Positions 28,967 through 40,693 of a stretch of DNA of 64,000 bases are shown one piece after another. The DNA lies in assembly GCA_000165345.1 (NCBI GenBank), contig CM000431.1, positions 416,001 through 480,000 of the forward strand. The letters run 5' to 3'. The stretch's first letter is position 1, and every line of letters begins with the position of its first letter. Below the pieces are notes generated by a model. The model saw only the letters and a program-made list of their open reading frames with translations. It ran no database searches and was not told where the DNA came from. The translations under genes were made by a program, and so were the position numbers.

Positions 28967-30004
28967 CTATGAAATGTCCATTTCTTGATCAGGATGCTCT
29001 TCTTTTTTGTTAATTAAAATAACGGATGCAAATGAGCGTCTATTTGTTCCTTTAGCAAGGGCTTTAATAGCATTATTATTAATAAAGTCAAATGAGTTGA
29101 CTTTAACCTTTCTATCAAAATCCAGCGATAAAAGTACATGACAAATGTTGGATAAGTCCATAGGAGTCTTAATATCCAATGGAAATGATGGATTGCATGT
29201 AATAATAATATTTTTGTGGGGAACATGTCTGGTAAGTGTATTAAGATTAGAGAAAAAATTACGTCTGGAATTACCTTTATTTAATATGCATTGTGAGATA
29301 TCAAGTTCAAAAAAGATTCCTCTGGAGATTGCAAGGTTAATTTGTGGGCGTTTAATAATAAATGGAAGTCTTGGAGCAGATGAAATGTCGATAGAAATGA
29401 TATCGCATTCTACAGATGAAATTGCAGAATTTAATGCATTTTGTGTGGTTGGTCTTACAGAGACCAAATCGTAGGGTTGATTTGGTACTGATGAGAATAT
29501 AGCCTTGCTCCAGCTATCAGAAGATTCATTGCATGGTCCTCTAGATAAAGCATTTATATAAGGAACGCAATCAGGATTATCAAAAACTATGCTTAATCTT
29601 CTTAGTTGAAGAAAGTCAAAAGATGTATCATCTTCTTTTCCAAATTGTTTATTAATTTCAAAATTATGGCAGGAAAGGCTAAGAGGTAAATATGCATTTT
29701 TAGGAACTAATGGACCACTATTTGACTTGACAATAAGACTTCTTTTTCTCATGCCACGAAGTTCTTCTTTTTCTAATTGAATATATTGAATAGGACAAAC
29801 GTGTCCTTCTTTAGCCAGGATGCTAAGAATATTGCCACTTACTGAATTCTTATTTGGGCTACTTCTTAACTTGTTGCATTTTTCTACCAAATTCAGAGTA
29901 TTGTTAAAGGCAATGCCAAGATATCCAAAACTATAAGCTTTAAGAATCAATTCTTTTGCTTTGTTTAAATCTCCTGGCCAGTTTACGCATAATTCAAAAC
30001 TCAT
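28967..30004 (-). CDS. RPP30: RNase P/MRP protein subunit Rpp30 (Rpp1/POP family, 345 aa)
   Basis: ATG verified. LPFIIKRPQINLAISRGIFFELDIS...HKNIIITCNPSFPLDIKTPMDLSNICHVLLSL is near-collinear with human RPP30 (LPFYFKRPPINVAIDRGLAFELVYS...GKNVIISSAAERPLEIRGPYDVANLGLLFGL). Confidence 0.85.
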   Translation of the reverse strand: MSFELCVNWPGDLNKAKELILKAYSFGYLGIAFNNTLNLVEKCNKLRSSPNKNSVSGNILSILAKEGHVCPIQYIQLEKEELRGMRKRSLIVKSNSGPLVPKNAYLPLSLSCHNFEINKQFGKEDDTSFDFLQLRRLSIVFDNPDCVPYINALSRGPCNESSDSWSKAIFSSVPNQPYDLVSVRPTTQNALNSAISSVECDIISIDISSAPRLPFIIKRPQINLAISRGIFFELDISQCILNKGNSRRNFFSNLNTLTRHVPHKNIIITCNPSFPLDIKTPMDLSNICHVLLSLDFDRKVKVNSFDFINNNAIKALAKGTNRRSFASVILINKKEEHPDQEMDIS

Positions 30005-30128
30005 TTGAGATTTCTGAAATGTTTTATTTATTTATTGTAGTTCTTAACACTTTATCAATGCTAATTATACTATTTTTAAGAAGACTTTAATACATTTAAT
30101 AGAATTATGGCAATTTTGACAAATTTCA

Positions 30129-30138
30129 TTTGGCGCCA
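30129..30138. promoter_or_regulatory. TTTGGCGCCA element in the 268-bp divergent promoter between the Rpp30 and CZIB genes
   Basis: Exact GGCGCC core. It sits midway between ATGs on opposite strands (30004 minus, 30272 plus). Confidence 0.5.
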
Positions 30139-30271
30139 TCCTAATTATTTATATTTTATAAACCAAAATAAGTTGAGTGTTTTCAAAGTTAATTTTTAAT
30201 TACTGGTTTTGAATCCATTAGGCTCAAATAACAATATCTCTCTTTTTAAATTTCAGAAATTGTATATTGAA

Positions 30272-30760
30272 ATGACTGTCTTTGTTCTGTATGTACAAGC
30301 AGATTTTGAGGGAATCGAAGAACTTATCTTCCCAGAAAACTATACATGGTGTTTTGATATAGAACAAAGCGCAGGCTCACTAACTAAAGAAAGAATTACT
30401 GTTGATCCTAATGAAAGTATTGAGATGGAAAATAGCAGAGGCATTGTAAATTTTGCAATGAAATGGGAATCCGATAAGAGACAATCAACAATTACTTGCA
30501 TCAAGTTAAATAACATATCAAGAATGAAAGTAACTAGCGAAGATGAGGGTAAACTAGTTCCTGTTGCAGCTTTTGATTGCAGAGGAATCAACTTAACCAA
30601 ATGGAATCCAAGCTTTGGTTACAATGTCATTTCAAATTCTGGAAAGAAGTTTGAAAACATTAATTTAGAAGAACTCGAGTGGTGTGATTTTGACGAAAAT
30701 TCTAATGAATCTGTTGGAATTTACAATTTAAACAGTGAATTTAGAGTCCACAAAGTTTAG
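30272..30760 (+). CDS. CZIB: CZIB/DUF866 (C1orf123-like) protein in which both CxxC zinc-knuckle motifs appear replaced (162 aa from the first ATG)
   Basis: The track ORF starts at TTG 30209; the first ATG is at 30272 (MTVFVLYVQ...). The C-terminal half FDCRGINLTKWNPSFGY...FENINLEELEWCDFDENSNESVGIYNLNSEFRV matches human CZIB FECRGLEPVDFQPQAGF...FSDINLQEKDWTDYDEKAQESVGIYEVTHQFV. The positions of human C33/C36 and C67/C70 read Q/G and W/D here. Confidence 0.8.
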   Translation: MTVFVLYVQADFEGIEELIFPENYTWCFDIEQSAGSLTKERITVDPNESIEMENSRGIVNFAMKWESDKRQSTITCIKLNNISRMKVTSEDEGKLVPVAAFDCRGINLTKWNPSFGYNVISNSGKKFENINLEELEWCDFDENSNESVGIYNLNSEFRVHKV

Positions 30761-31293
30761 GCCTATCTCTACACCCATCCCCACACTTTGCACATTTTTT
30801 TTCCGCGCATGTATATAACACTTTTTACATTCAAAATTGACATGTAATTCATCTTTATTAATATTTGAAATGTATCCTCTAGAAATTTTACATGCAAGGC
30901 CAATTGCTTTTGCTGATAATGCATGTATATTTAATCTTTTTTTTTTTAAATTTTAACAGCTTTTCAATTGGTACTTTTCTAATAACTACTCTACAAAATT
31001 CTAGCACTTTAATACTAATTTGTGAATACTAAAAAGATATTATTTGTGTTGAATTAAGGTTAATTCTCCAGTAAAATAGTATTTACTGAATAATGAAACT
31101 TTTCAGCGGGCTTGCAATTCTATTCTAATTATTGAATATTCAAATCCAATTTTAGTAAGAAATAATGCCATATTAATTCAGTATAATTTCAATCATAATC
31201 TGTAGCTAGATTTCAAATTAAACTTAGAGAAAAAAAAAATGTTCATATTTGTAAAGCAACGATATTTGATTCTTATCAGATTTGTTTATCACA

Positions 31294-31319
31294 ATTCGGC
31301 GGGCATTTTGGGCGGTAAA
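31294..31319. promoter_or_regulatory. ATTCGGCGGGCATTTTGGGCGGTAAA, E2F/GC-box pair ~740 bp upstream of the 32055 gene
   Basis: Two GGCGGG cores. Confidence 0.4.
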
Positions 31320-31940
31320 CTAGATCAATAAAAAAAATATTAAGTAGAAACCTCATAGATGTACATAATAATAAGCAGTAATAAACAGAGACTGTAAGAT
31401 AATATAAAAATAAGTTTTTTTTTTAAATTGAGAAATAATTTAATAAAAAAAAGAGTATTAGAAAGGAGAGTTGATAGGTAAATAAGTAGCAAAAATATTT
31501 ATTCACCTATTTTTGAGTTATAGAAACAGATATTTTGCGATATATTTGGTTCAGTGAAACGGGTTAAATTAATTTGTGGACTAAAGAAAGTATTGCTGGA
31601 GATATATACTTATAATAATTAATTTTCATAATATTGAGATATTGTTTGATTTTAAGTTTACCTTCTATTTTTGAATTAAATACTACTGTGAGATTGCCTC
31701 AGAATTTATAGTACCTGGTCTATTTTACTAAATCTGGCATTTTTTTAACAGAATATATATAAAATTGAAAATATTTACCTTAATATCAAAAAGTTAATAT
31801 CCAATCGTCAAGTATTATTTTAGTTATATGGGAATTAGACTCTGGATATAAACAGTTTTGAAGTAATTGCTTATCACTATATTATATTATGATCAGATAG
31901 AGAAACTGAATCTTTCTGTTTTCATCTAATATTCACTATA

Positions 31941-32030
31941 CGCACATATATATATATGTGTATTAATTTATATATATATGTATATATATATATATATTTA
32001 TGTATGTATATATATGTATACGCATATAAA
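31941..32030. repeat. Compound (TA)n/(TG)n simple repeat immediately upstream of the 32055 start
   Basis: The sequence reads cacatatatatatatgtgtattaatttatatatatatgtatatatatatatatatttatgtatgtatatatatgtatacgcatat. Confidence 0.85.
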
Positions 32031-32054
32031 TAAGATATTATAGTTAAGAATAAC

Positions 32055-33425
32055 ATGGAAAATGGTGAAAAGTATATTCAAAAAGTTGGGATGAAGGAGG
32101 GAAGAGTTTCAAGAACTCAGTATTTATTTTTTCAGGTTTATAATAACACAAAGAGATGCTGTTGGAGTATATCTATACCAAGAGAATGTATTGCTCTTTC
32201 TAGAATTCTTCTTGAATATCCATATAGTTACTTCCTACCTTTATTATCATGTTTTCAATGCATCATCACCATTACTGTATGCCATATATTTTCGGCAGCT
32301 CTCTCTCATTTACCATATTATAAACTATTTCTTCCTTTCACCTACTTTTTGACTATCCATTCACCAGAAAAGTATATATATATCTTTGGATTGCTATTTT
32401 CGTGGGTTCTATTTGTATTATCAATTCCAATGTTATACCATCTACTTTTTTATCACCTTCCACAACCACTTGAAGTATGGGTGACTCCGAGATACTCAAG
32501 AATTGGTGAACTCATGGCCAATATAGAGAATAGCGCCAATGAATTTGATTCTGAAAAAGGGAGCCATAATTATTATATGGAACATAATCAAAAAAAGATG
32601 TTAAATAAGACAACAAATAGACGAAATGAGCGTTGTCCTGCTGAAGATTATTGTACAGAAAATGAAACCTTTTTAAATGTTGATGAATATGAAACCAATA
32701 ATTTTGGTTCAACAAATTTAATCCGTGTTAAACAGGGAGTTTTTCATAGAGCTATCGCAACATGGAATCTGAGAATCACATTTTTTTCTCTCTCTTTGGC
32801 AATTTTCTTTGGATTTTCAGCTTTAATTTTTCCATTCGGACTGAATCTCAGAAGAATAATTTTTAATGATATTGGTACATCATCAGGAACATTATATTAT
32901 TTAGCCAATGCACTATTAAGTATTTCGCCAAGTAATTTGTTTGCATTTTTTACCTTTATCCATGCATTACTTATTTCTATTTATGTATTTATATACAGGA
33001 GGCCAGTGATTTCCAGATTATCTCGTATTTTAAAAATGAGTTGTTCTGCTATTATGGTCATAATAATCCTTATCAGGTCAATATCCACATTTATTCTTTC
33101 ACATTATTATATGAACAAGTTCAGAAGTGGAAGGCTGTTCAATGATAATTATCCAAATCTTAACTCATTTTTGGCAGATTTTAATATTAAAATGAAGGCG
33201 AACCACTCTTTTTATATTAGAATGGCTCTTGCTAGTAGCTCCCAGTATCTATTTTTATTTGTTACTATGGTGTTTATTTCAAGCTACTCACTTGACATTC
33301 ACCAACTACACTTATCCTCTATTAATGCTTTCAAATCTACAGAGGAGTCTGAATCCTACTCTTTAATAAAAAGAGGGGGGGATTTTGTATCTAACAATGA
33401 CGAAAAAGACAGTATTCTATACTAG
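32055..33425 (+). CDS. Polytopic membrane protein, lineage-specific (456 aa)
   Basis: ATG at 32055. Multiple long hydrophobic helices, ≥8 predicted TM spans: LPLLSCFQCIITITVCHIFSAALSHL, LLFSWVLFVLSIPMLYHLLF, ITFFSLSLAIFFGFSALIFPFGL, FAFFTFIHALLISIYVFIY, AIMVIIILIRSISTFILSHYY, LFLFVTMVFISSYSL. Confidence 0.6.
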   Translation: MENGEKYIQKVGMKEGRVSRTQYLFFQVYNNTKRCCWSISIPRECIALSRILLEYPYSYFLPLLSCFQCIITITVCHIFSAALSHLPYYKLFLPFTYFLTIHSPEKYIYIFGLLFSWVLFVLSIPMLYHLLFYHLPQPLEVWVTPRYSRIGELMANIENSANEFDSEKGSHNYYMEHNQKKMLNKTTNRRNERCPAEDYCTENETFLNVDEYETNNFGSTNLIRVKQGVFHRAIATWNLRITFFSLSLAIFFGFSALIFPFGLNLRRIIFNDIGTSSGTLYYLANALLSISPSNLFAFFTFIHALLISIYVFIYRRPVISRLSRILKMSCSAIMVIIILIRSISTFILSHYYMNKFRSGRLFNDNYPNLNSFLADFNIKMKANHSFYIRMALASSSQYLFLFVTMVFISSYSLDIHQLHLSSINAFKSTEESESYSLIKRGGDFVSNNDEKDSILY

Positions 33426-33884
33426 CTTAGATTTCATTTTCATCAGAGAATTATATATTATATACTAATATTAGTATCCCAGCTTGCTGTCCCGCCTAAT
33501 CTGTATATAGCTTTCTATATTTATTAAACCTTCTAGAGTTTACTATGTGGCTCTTGTGAGAGAAATTATGATTATTCTTTACTAGTTTGCTCTTAATATG
33601 TGGGATAAGTTCTTTTTTTAGTTGGTTTTAATGTTTTATTTGAATGAGCTGGAAGAATTGATATCAATTAGCAGATTGCATGCACACATTCTGGCGCCAG
33701 AAAAAAATGAGAAACATAGAAAAAAAGGCAAGGTAATTTTCCAAACATTCAGACGAAGCAATCAGACTTCAGAATAGAAAAGAAGAATATTAAAACAAAA
33801 AGTATTAGAGAATAAGAGAAGATTCTTGTAAAAATGAAAATTTAACCCTTAATAATATATTAAAAAATATGGCGCCAATATATT

Positions 33885-35276
33885 TTAGTAGTCATTAATG
33901 ATCCTGACAGTATCTCCAGAGATAATGTCACCAAAGCCAATAAGTCTCCAGTGCTTATCAACTCTCCTGGAAATAGCGAGCTTATCTCCTACGCTACAGC
34001 AAACAGGAGATGAAAGTTGGAAGGTAGCAAGGTCGTCTCTAATCTTTGTGACCCTTCCTCCTGTAGTCGTGGATCCAATGTTAACCATAAGAAGCTCACC
34101 TTCTCTAAGTTTAGACACTTTAGCTTGTGCTTTAGAGCCATCATGGGCGCGCACTCCTAGAAGTCTTCTCATACGATATAAAGTAATATTAATAGAGTCG
34201 TATATTTCTGGCAAGAAGCCAGGATGTCCAAGAACTTGTCCAGATAGTCTGTTGGCTCTTGTCAAAGTTGGATCAATTTTTGTTCCGACTCCAATTAGTC
34301 CGCCTGAAACTGCGTATTTCAAATCATTATGCTCAGCAAAGAGACTGACAATCTTGGATCTAATCGGTCTGCAAGTAAATTCTCCATCAGCATCCTTATT
34401 ATAGATGCCAGGTCTGACCTCAATTTCGTCTCCAATCTTGAGAACTCCTTTAATAATTGATCCTCCTGCAACTCCGCCTCTCATATTTTGAGCATCTTCT
34501 CCTGGTTTGTTTACATCAAAGGATCTGATAATAATCATTCTGGGTGATGATGTAAAATCTCTAATAGGAATGGGAATTTGTGTACAAATATATTCACAGA
34601 GAACGTCAATGTTAAACTTTAAGACTGCGGAAATAGGTATTATTGGAGCATCTTGTGCAGAAGTACCGGCAACAAAGTCCTTAATTTGTTTATATTGTTC
34701 TTGCGCCTGAGCTTCTTTAATTAATTCGACTTTATTCTGAAGAATAATAATATGCTTGAGCTTCATGATCTCTACGGCTGCAAGGTGCTCAGAAGTTTGT
34801 GGTTGTGGGCATGTCTCATTACCGGCTACCAATAGGAGTGCTGCATCCATAACAGCTGCTCCGTTTAACATGGTAGACATAAGAATATCGTGGCCAGGAC
34901 AGTCCACAAAAGATACATGACGGAGAAGCTGCATCTTATGATTACACGATGGAACTTCACACATTGGTTCATCTTCCTTATTTGATCCATAGCTACGATA
35001 GCATTTAGGAGGTGGACAATTTGGGTTAGTACACTTATATATCTTTGCATTTGCATATCCTAATTTAATAGTAATATTTCTCTCTTTTTCGTCCTTGAAT
35101 CTAACAGTCTGAACTCCAGAAACTGCCCTAACAACTGTAGATTTTCCATGAGCAACATGCCCAATTGTACCTAAATTTATTGTTGCTTGACGAGAAATTA
35201 CTTCTGGAGTAATTGGAGTTAACTTGGTCAAGTCCAAATTATCTGCATCTTGCTTAGATAAATGATCACTAGACAT
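33885..35276 (-). CDS. EIF2S3: Eukaryotic translation initiation factor 2 subunit gamma (463 aa from the first ATG)
   Basis: The track start 35303 is TTG; the first ATG ([21 protein letters not shown]...) is at 35276 and aligns with the human N-terminus. G1 GHVAHGKST. Zinc ribbon [11 protein letters not shown]...[19 protein letters not shown]. Confidence 0.93.
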   Translation of the reverse strand: MSSDHLSKQDADNLDLTKLTPITPEVISRQATINLGTIGHVAHGKSTVVRAVSGVQTVRFKDEKERNITIKLGYANAKIYKCTNPNCPPPKCYRSYGSNKEDEPMCEVPSCNHKMQLLRHVSFVDCPGHDILMSTMLNGAAVMDAALLLVAGNETCPQPQTSEHLAAVEIMKLKHIIILQNKVELIKEAQAQEQYKQIKDFVAGTSAQDAPIIPISAVLKFNIDVLCEYICTQIPIPIRDFTSSPRMIIIRSFDVNKPGEDAQNMRGGVAGGSIIKGVLKIGDEIEVRPGIYNKDADGEFTCRPIRSKIVSLFAEHNDLKYAVSGGLIGVGTKIDPTLTRANRLSGQVLGHPGFLPEIYDSINITLYRMRRLLGVRAHDGSKAQAKVSKLREGELLMVNIGSTTTGGRVTKIRDDLATFQLSSPVCCSVGDKLAISRRVDKHWRLIGFGDIISGDTVRIINDY

Positions 35277-35585
35277 CTTGATAAATTCTATGTCCACAAA
35301 CAACTTCTTTTAATAAATAATGCGTATTTTCTATAATATGACTCTGTGCCTAGTCACTAAAAATTCTGTTCATTAAGTGTGATTAAACAAGAACCTTTAA
35401 TAGACCAAAACCTCGTTCTAAAATTCTCAGTATTCTAATTTTTACCTCCTATTGGCTTTGCTTTTCAAGCCTTTTACTTGTTTCTAAATCCAGAGATAAT
35501 TTTACTTAAAATGGGTATTTTATGTTCGCTTTCCCCGTTTTACCATTGCCATTTCATAATTATTCAAAAAAAAAAATTCAAACAT

Positions 35586-35638
35586 TTCCCGCCCACTGGT
35601 TCTTCTGTCTCGTTACCATTTTTGGCGCCACCTGGCGT
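35586..35638. promoter_or_regulatory. TTTCCCGCCCA plus TTTTTGGCGCCACCTGGCG, E2F-like pair ~310-360 bp upstream of eIF2-gamma
   Basis: CCCGCC and GGCGCC cores. Confidence 0.5.
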
Positions 35639-36779
35639 TGAAATTGTTAAATCAAGTCTTAGTTTCTTTTTTTTTTTTTTTTAATTGGAGTAAAATTGAG
35701 GAAATTCAGCATTGTTATTTCAAATAATCCAGTTAAATACATTATTCATAGAACCACACAGGCATTTCCTAAATTAATTTATATTATTTTATCATAGTTT
35801 TATACAATCCTTGTAATATAGTTTTAAGTACAGTGAATACTTATGGTGTGAGAGTCTTAATCATTCTCGATTTAAACTCTGATTAATTATTCTCGCACTT
35901 TTATCCTCTTGAATGATAGCATTTTGTTTAATTGAAACTAATTGAACAACTGGATAACGCCTTTTTTTTCCTAAATTCATAGTTTATATTTAGGATAGCC
36001 AAATATACAACTATTACCATATTTTTACTTCTTTTTCCGCGAATGAAATGATTTGAAACTAACTAATAATGAGAATGTAAGGAAATAATGTTGCTAGAAT
36101 TTTTAGCATGGCTATTATTCTACGAGATCTCCTTAAAAATTGGAGCTGAACTTGTTCAATTTACAAAGCATGTAAATTAAAAATTAACGTAAAGCTTAAG
36201 AAGAGTCATAAAGTGAATATAAGGCTTATTTTTTCAATTATAAAAAATTATAAAATAATAATTCAAGATAATTGAGTAAGTTTACTCTATATTCAATCAT
36301 TTATTTTTTAATATAATACTAATAGCAATATCTACTTGCCGTGAAAAAAAAACCTTGGTGGTATTCTCCAAAAACAAAAAAAAACTCAAAGGACCTGAAA
36401 TAACTAATATAAAAGTATACCAACAATCTGTCTTTCGATTGCTCATGTTATTCATAAGCATTTTCAAAAATAATGCCAAATTTGTGCATATTCATAACTA
36501 TTTAAAAAAAAACCCGCCTAAATTGTGTTCTCTATTTATTAGTATTAGTGCAAAAAAATAAAGTAACAAATATAAATCAACATGTGTATTAAAACGAGGG
36601 GAAATTGTGATTTTTTTCTATGCAAAAATTTTAGAAATAATATTCACAATTGGGAATTAATTATTTAGTTAGTAATTTATTAATGTTTGGGAATAACACA
36701 AAAAAGAATAACTTTGCTCCCCTTGTTGTAAATTAAGAGTGCAAATGAAACCACCAGCTTAAAATCTTAAAAAACCAGG

Positions 36780-37610
36780 ATGAAATATATATACGTTATT
36801 TCCTCTCTAATTTCATATATTATTGTAATAAATGCCTTTGCTTTACGAAAAAAAGAAGGTTTAGATTTGGGCTTGAAAAAAAATCTCATCCAAAGTAGAA
36901 ATTCCTATAACTTTGAATGCGATGTAGCAATTGAATGTATGAATATATTAAGGTGTTATTACTTTTTTGTGGCAATTGTTTATGAGATTATTTCAACATC
37001 AAACTGTGTTTCAAGATCTTCTGACATTGAATTTAGAATACATCTTTCAAAGAACCTTTCTGAATTGAATTACTACAGGAACTACTTTGCTGAGCATATA
37101 ATGGATAAAGGAAGAAGTGCCTCTCTATTTGAAGTTATTCACGAATTCCCAAAAAGAAAGGCATCATTTTTGAATGTATGCTCTCAAATTAAATTTATCG
37201 ATGCAAAAGAGCTTTATCTCATAGAGCAAAGAGTTATTTCGAATTATCTGAAAGTTTTAATGGAATTGAAAACATACATTAGTGCTGATATTAGTAATTT
37301 TTTCGGCTCTCCTTTTCTAATTAATCAAGGAAGGGAAGTAATTAAAATTATAAATATGGCTATTGATATAATATTAATTACTCAACATAAGATTCAAGAA
37401 TTAGAGAGAAGTTCAAATAAACCTACAAGCATTTACAAGTTGTCCAAGGTCCCTCAGAAACTACTGGTTACAAAGATTTACAAAAGAAACCTTATTGTTC
37501 GTATATCTCACATAGTCAAGTTGAGAAAGTATATTAGAGCTGATAAGAGCGACTTATTAACTATATTAGAAGACCTTGAACGTAACAATGAAATGCCCCC
37601 AAAGTATTAA
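36780..37610 (+). CDS. Secreted hypothetical protein (276 aa); possibly the most divergent, outermost member of the downstream paralog array
   Basis: ATG at 36780. Signal-peptide-like MKYIYVISSLISYIIVINAFA. Cys-containing helical body. Same orientation as the array. It lacks the SF[LIV] N-terminal motif. Confidence 0.5.
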   Translation: MKYIYVISSLISYIIVINAFALRKKEGLDLGLKKNLIQSRNSYNFECDVAIECMNILRCYYFFVAIVYEIISTSNCVSRSSDIEFRIHLSKNLSELNYYRNYFAEHIMDKGRSASLFEVIHEFPKRKASFLNVCSQIKFIDAKELYLIEQRVISNYLKVLMELKTYISADISNFFGSPFLINQGREVIKIINMAIDIILITQHKIQELERSSNKPTSIYKLSKVPQKLLVTKIYKRNLIVRISHIVKLRKYIRADKSDLLTILEDLERNNEMPPKY

Positions 37611-38035
37611 TGTTCAACAATTTTTTCTTAACAAGTTTCACCCTGAATCTCTTCAAAAAGCTAAATATATTGTGTGTATATTCAAAATGTTGCTTGGTTA
37701 GAAAATAATTTTATGTAATAATTTATAATATAATCATTCAAGAAAGAGAAAAAAAAACATTCGTTTTTGTCAAACAATGACTAACTTTTAATGCCAACAA
37801 TAACCGAAATGAAGAGTTATTTTATTACATATTTATTAGTAAACTAAACAATAAAACTGTAACTAGAAACGCATTTTCCGATCAAGAATTCATATGATTG
37901 ATTACCTGCAAATTTATCCGTAGTTCCGTTTCTTGTATATTAAGTATTTTCTTTGTTGTTTCCTGTGGTTATTTGTTTTACCCCTCACTCCCGCCCTATA
38001 TTTCATTAGTGCATGTTTGAATATTCTGACTTGGC

Positions 38036-38049
38036 CTTTGGCGCCAAAT
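38036..38049. promoter_or_regulatory. Orphan CTTTGGCGCCAAAT element (near-palindromic E2F site) in a 3-kb ORF-free region
   Basis: CTCCCGCCC also lies 40 bp upstream (37988-37996). No ORF longer than 70 aa is within 2.5 kb downstream on either strand. Confidence 0.4.
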
Positions 38050-40693
38050 ATTGTTTTTGTTTAAAATAGCATTCCAAATTAAAATCTTACAGATATAATT
38101 TAAGAACATAATTTATGCGCTATATGCTATGAGATCATCATAACTATTTAAGTACATAAATCAAAGGTTAAATAAAGGTACTTTAAATTTTTTTTTTTTT
38201 TTTTTCTCCCACAAACACAACCCAAACAATTAATCACAAAATAACTTGTATAAATGTTTAGAGTTTAAAATGTACTGATACAATTTACTTTGATTTCAAA
38301 GTATTTTTGTTCTTCAATACGCAATTATAAGAAAGAAGAAAAAATCTTCTAACTCAACTCTAATTTTTTTCCTGCGAACTTAGCATATATATTTCAAAGA
38401 TATGCATTATCGCTAAATTTTATGCAAAAATCTCTTTAAGAATTCACTTGATATTCTCTCGGAGTGAATGCTTACACTTAATAGTTATGATAACTATTCA
38501 GAAACAAAACAAAAAAAAATCAACAAAATACAACAAAACAATGCGAAAACAACAAATAAAAAACGTAATAATCACCATATAAACTTGCACTCTTCCACAA
38601 AAATATTTCTCGTGTGCTTTGTTTACATAAATATATAGCTTTGCGCATTTTCATATAGTGCACAATCTGTAGATTTCTGTTCTGGTAAAGCATACATGGC
38701 GCCACATTGTAGCGCATTTTTGCCAATTCTGAAATTCCACTTAATTAACTCTCAAAGAACTTCAAAAGATTTATTGATAACTTCATGGACATCATCCTCT
38801 AACACATTACCTTGCACAAATGCAATACTATCCGCAGTTTTAAAGTCTCCAAGACTTTCTTACACAGGAAAACTGATACTTTAGGGTCAACAAGAGAAAA
38901 CAGTCATTTTTGTTGGAAAGAAACAGAACCAAATATTTACATATATCCAATCAATATGAATCCTTAGAACATAAGTATTAGTATAATTGTTTCTTTATTA
39001 TTTTCTTATTTACATTAAGAACACATTTAAACTTGAAACAAAAATTAGGGAAATTACTTACAAAATTAACCTACAAAATAACACAAATGAAAAATAGCTC
39101 AACGATATAAAATCAGTTTCTGAGATTATTTGATAAAGCAAAAACTTATATTTTTGAAATTCTCTGCATGTGTTCTCGCTTACGTGTGTGTTAGAGTGTG
39201 TATATGGATATTTTTTATTTGTCAATGCTCGAAAATTAGTAAAAAAAAATTTACTAGTAAGCAATTAGAAAAATTTTAAAATTGTCAACTTTTTTTTTTT
39301 CAATGCTAAACTTCCATTCTCACACTATCTTATTAGTGCCAACCTCATTAATATATTAAAGAACCAATACTTTCTCAGATTTAATCAGGATTTTCTCCAA
39401 TGCTAATTTTAGTTATTCACACTATAATAAAGCTTGCATACATTAATTTTTCTTTAAACAAAATTATTAAAAAAGAAGAAAATAACGAATTAAATATATA
39501 TATATATGTATATTTTTTAGAAAAGAAAAAACCCTAAATCATGTTTTGAAATAAAGTGATAATTCTTGCACTCAATTAAGTATTTAGAATAATTCAAACT
39601 ATATTAAACAATTAAAATATAAGTTTCAAATCCTTCACTATCATTAGGTATTATATACAATACTAACTTATTTCTTAGAAAAGTTATAAATTTCAATTAT
39701 AACATTAAATACATACTTTTGTTGTTTTTATAGGAAAATTAAGCAGTAATTAAAACTCTAAATTATTTACTGATTTCAGTAAAAATATTGAGCTAATCAA
39801 TGAAAATCTCACTAACCAATTTGGTTCAATCTTATATTTATCAAATGAAGAAATGCAAAAATAAATTGTAATAATAAAAGTATCTAATAGTAATTGATTT
39901 ATGAAAATTAAATATTTAAAGTTAAAAATAATCGAACTCTCATGTATCATAATTTATTTATTGATCAATTACAGATTAATAAATTTCTCACAAAGATATT
40001 TCAAGATAAAAAGCTGTAAAAGTGTTGAATCTGTAATTTCCACTTAATATATAGAGTTCTTTGGATCTCTATAAAACTAAATGTATTAAATTAATTATTT
40101 AATTGAGTTCCAATCCAATATTGACTTAATAGAATAGCTGAGAACCTAGAAAGGAATTTTTTTCATGAATCCAGTAATTAAAGGTACATCAAAAGTTAAT
40201 TTGGTCAATAACCAATTCATAAATAGAGAAAAAGTAGATAATAAAATTATTAAAAATTTCTCAAAGATTATTTGGATTCCAAAGGTTGATTAGTCTTGAA
40301 ATGAAAATCTGCACATCTTTAAATGTATTGCTTAAGTTTATAACAAAAAAAACTATAGCTCACTTTAACAAGTCTAAATATTAAATCTTTAATAGAGCTT
40401 GCCATTCAAAAAAAAAAAAAAGTTAATTTTGTAATAAATGTGTATTTTGTGTAATTTTTGTATTTGAATAAGATTTTACCTCAAATTATAGCAATATTCT
40501 TCTTTTATGGCAAAAAAAACAACCTATATTTCACATATTTTACTAAATACTGTCAATAATTGATACGAGCGCTAAGCTTCCACTAAATTCTGAAATGCAA
40601 AAAGATTAAAAGTCAACAATGCACATACCCGCCAAATCATTCTGATCAAAAATTTTTAGATTAAAAAATTTTTTTTAATGGTAGAGTAATACA

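Noticed and set aside
30209-30271. Track-annotated N-terminal extensions beginning with 'M' at 30209, 35303 (minus), 41016, 51324 and 52613
   Set aside because: The underlying codons are TTG, not ATG (bacterial start table used by the ORF track). For a eukaryote the first in-frame ATG was used, which also yields proper signal peptides and N-terminal alignments.
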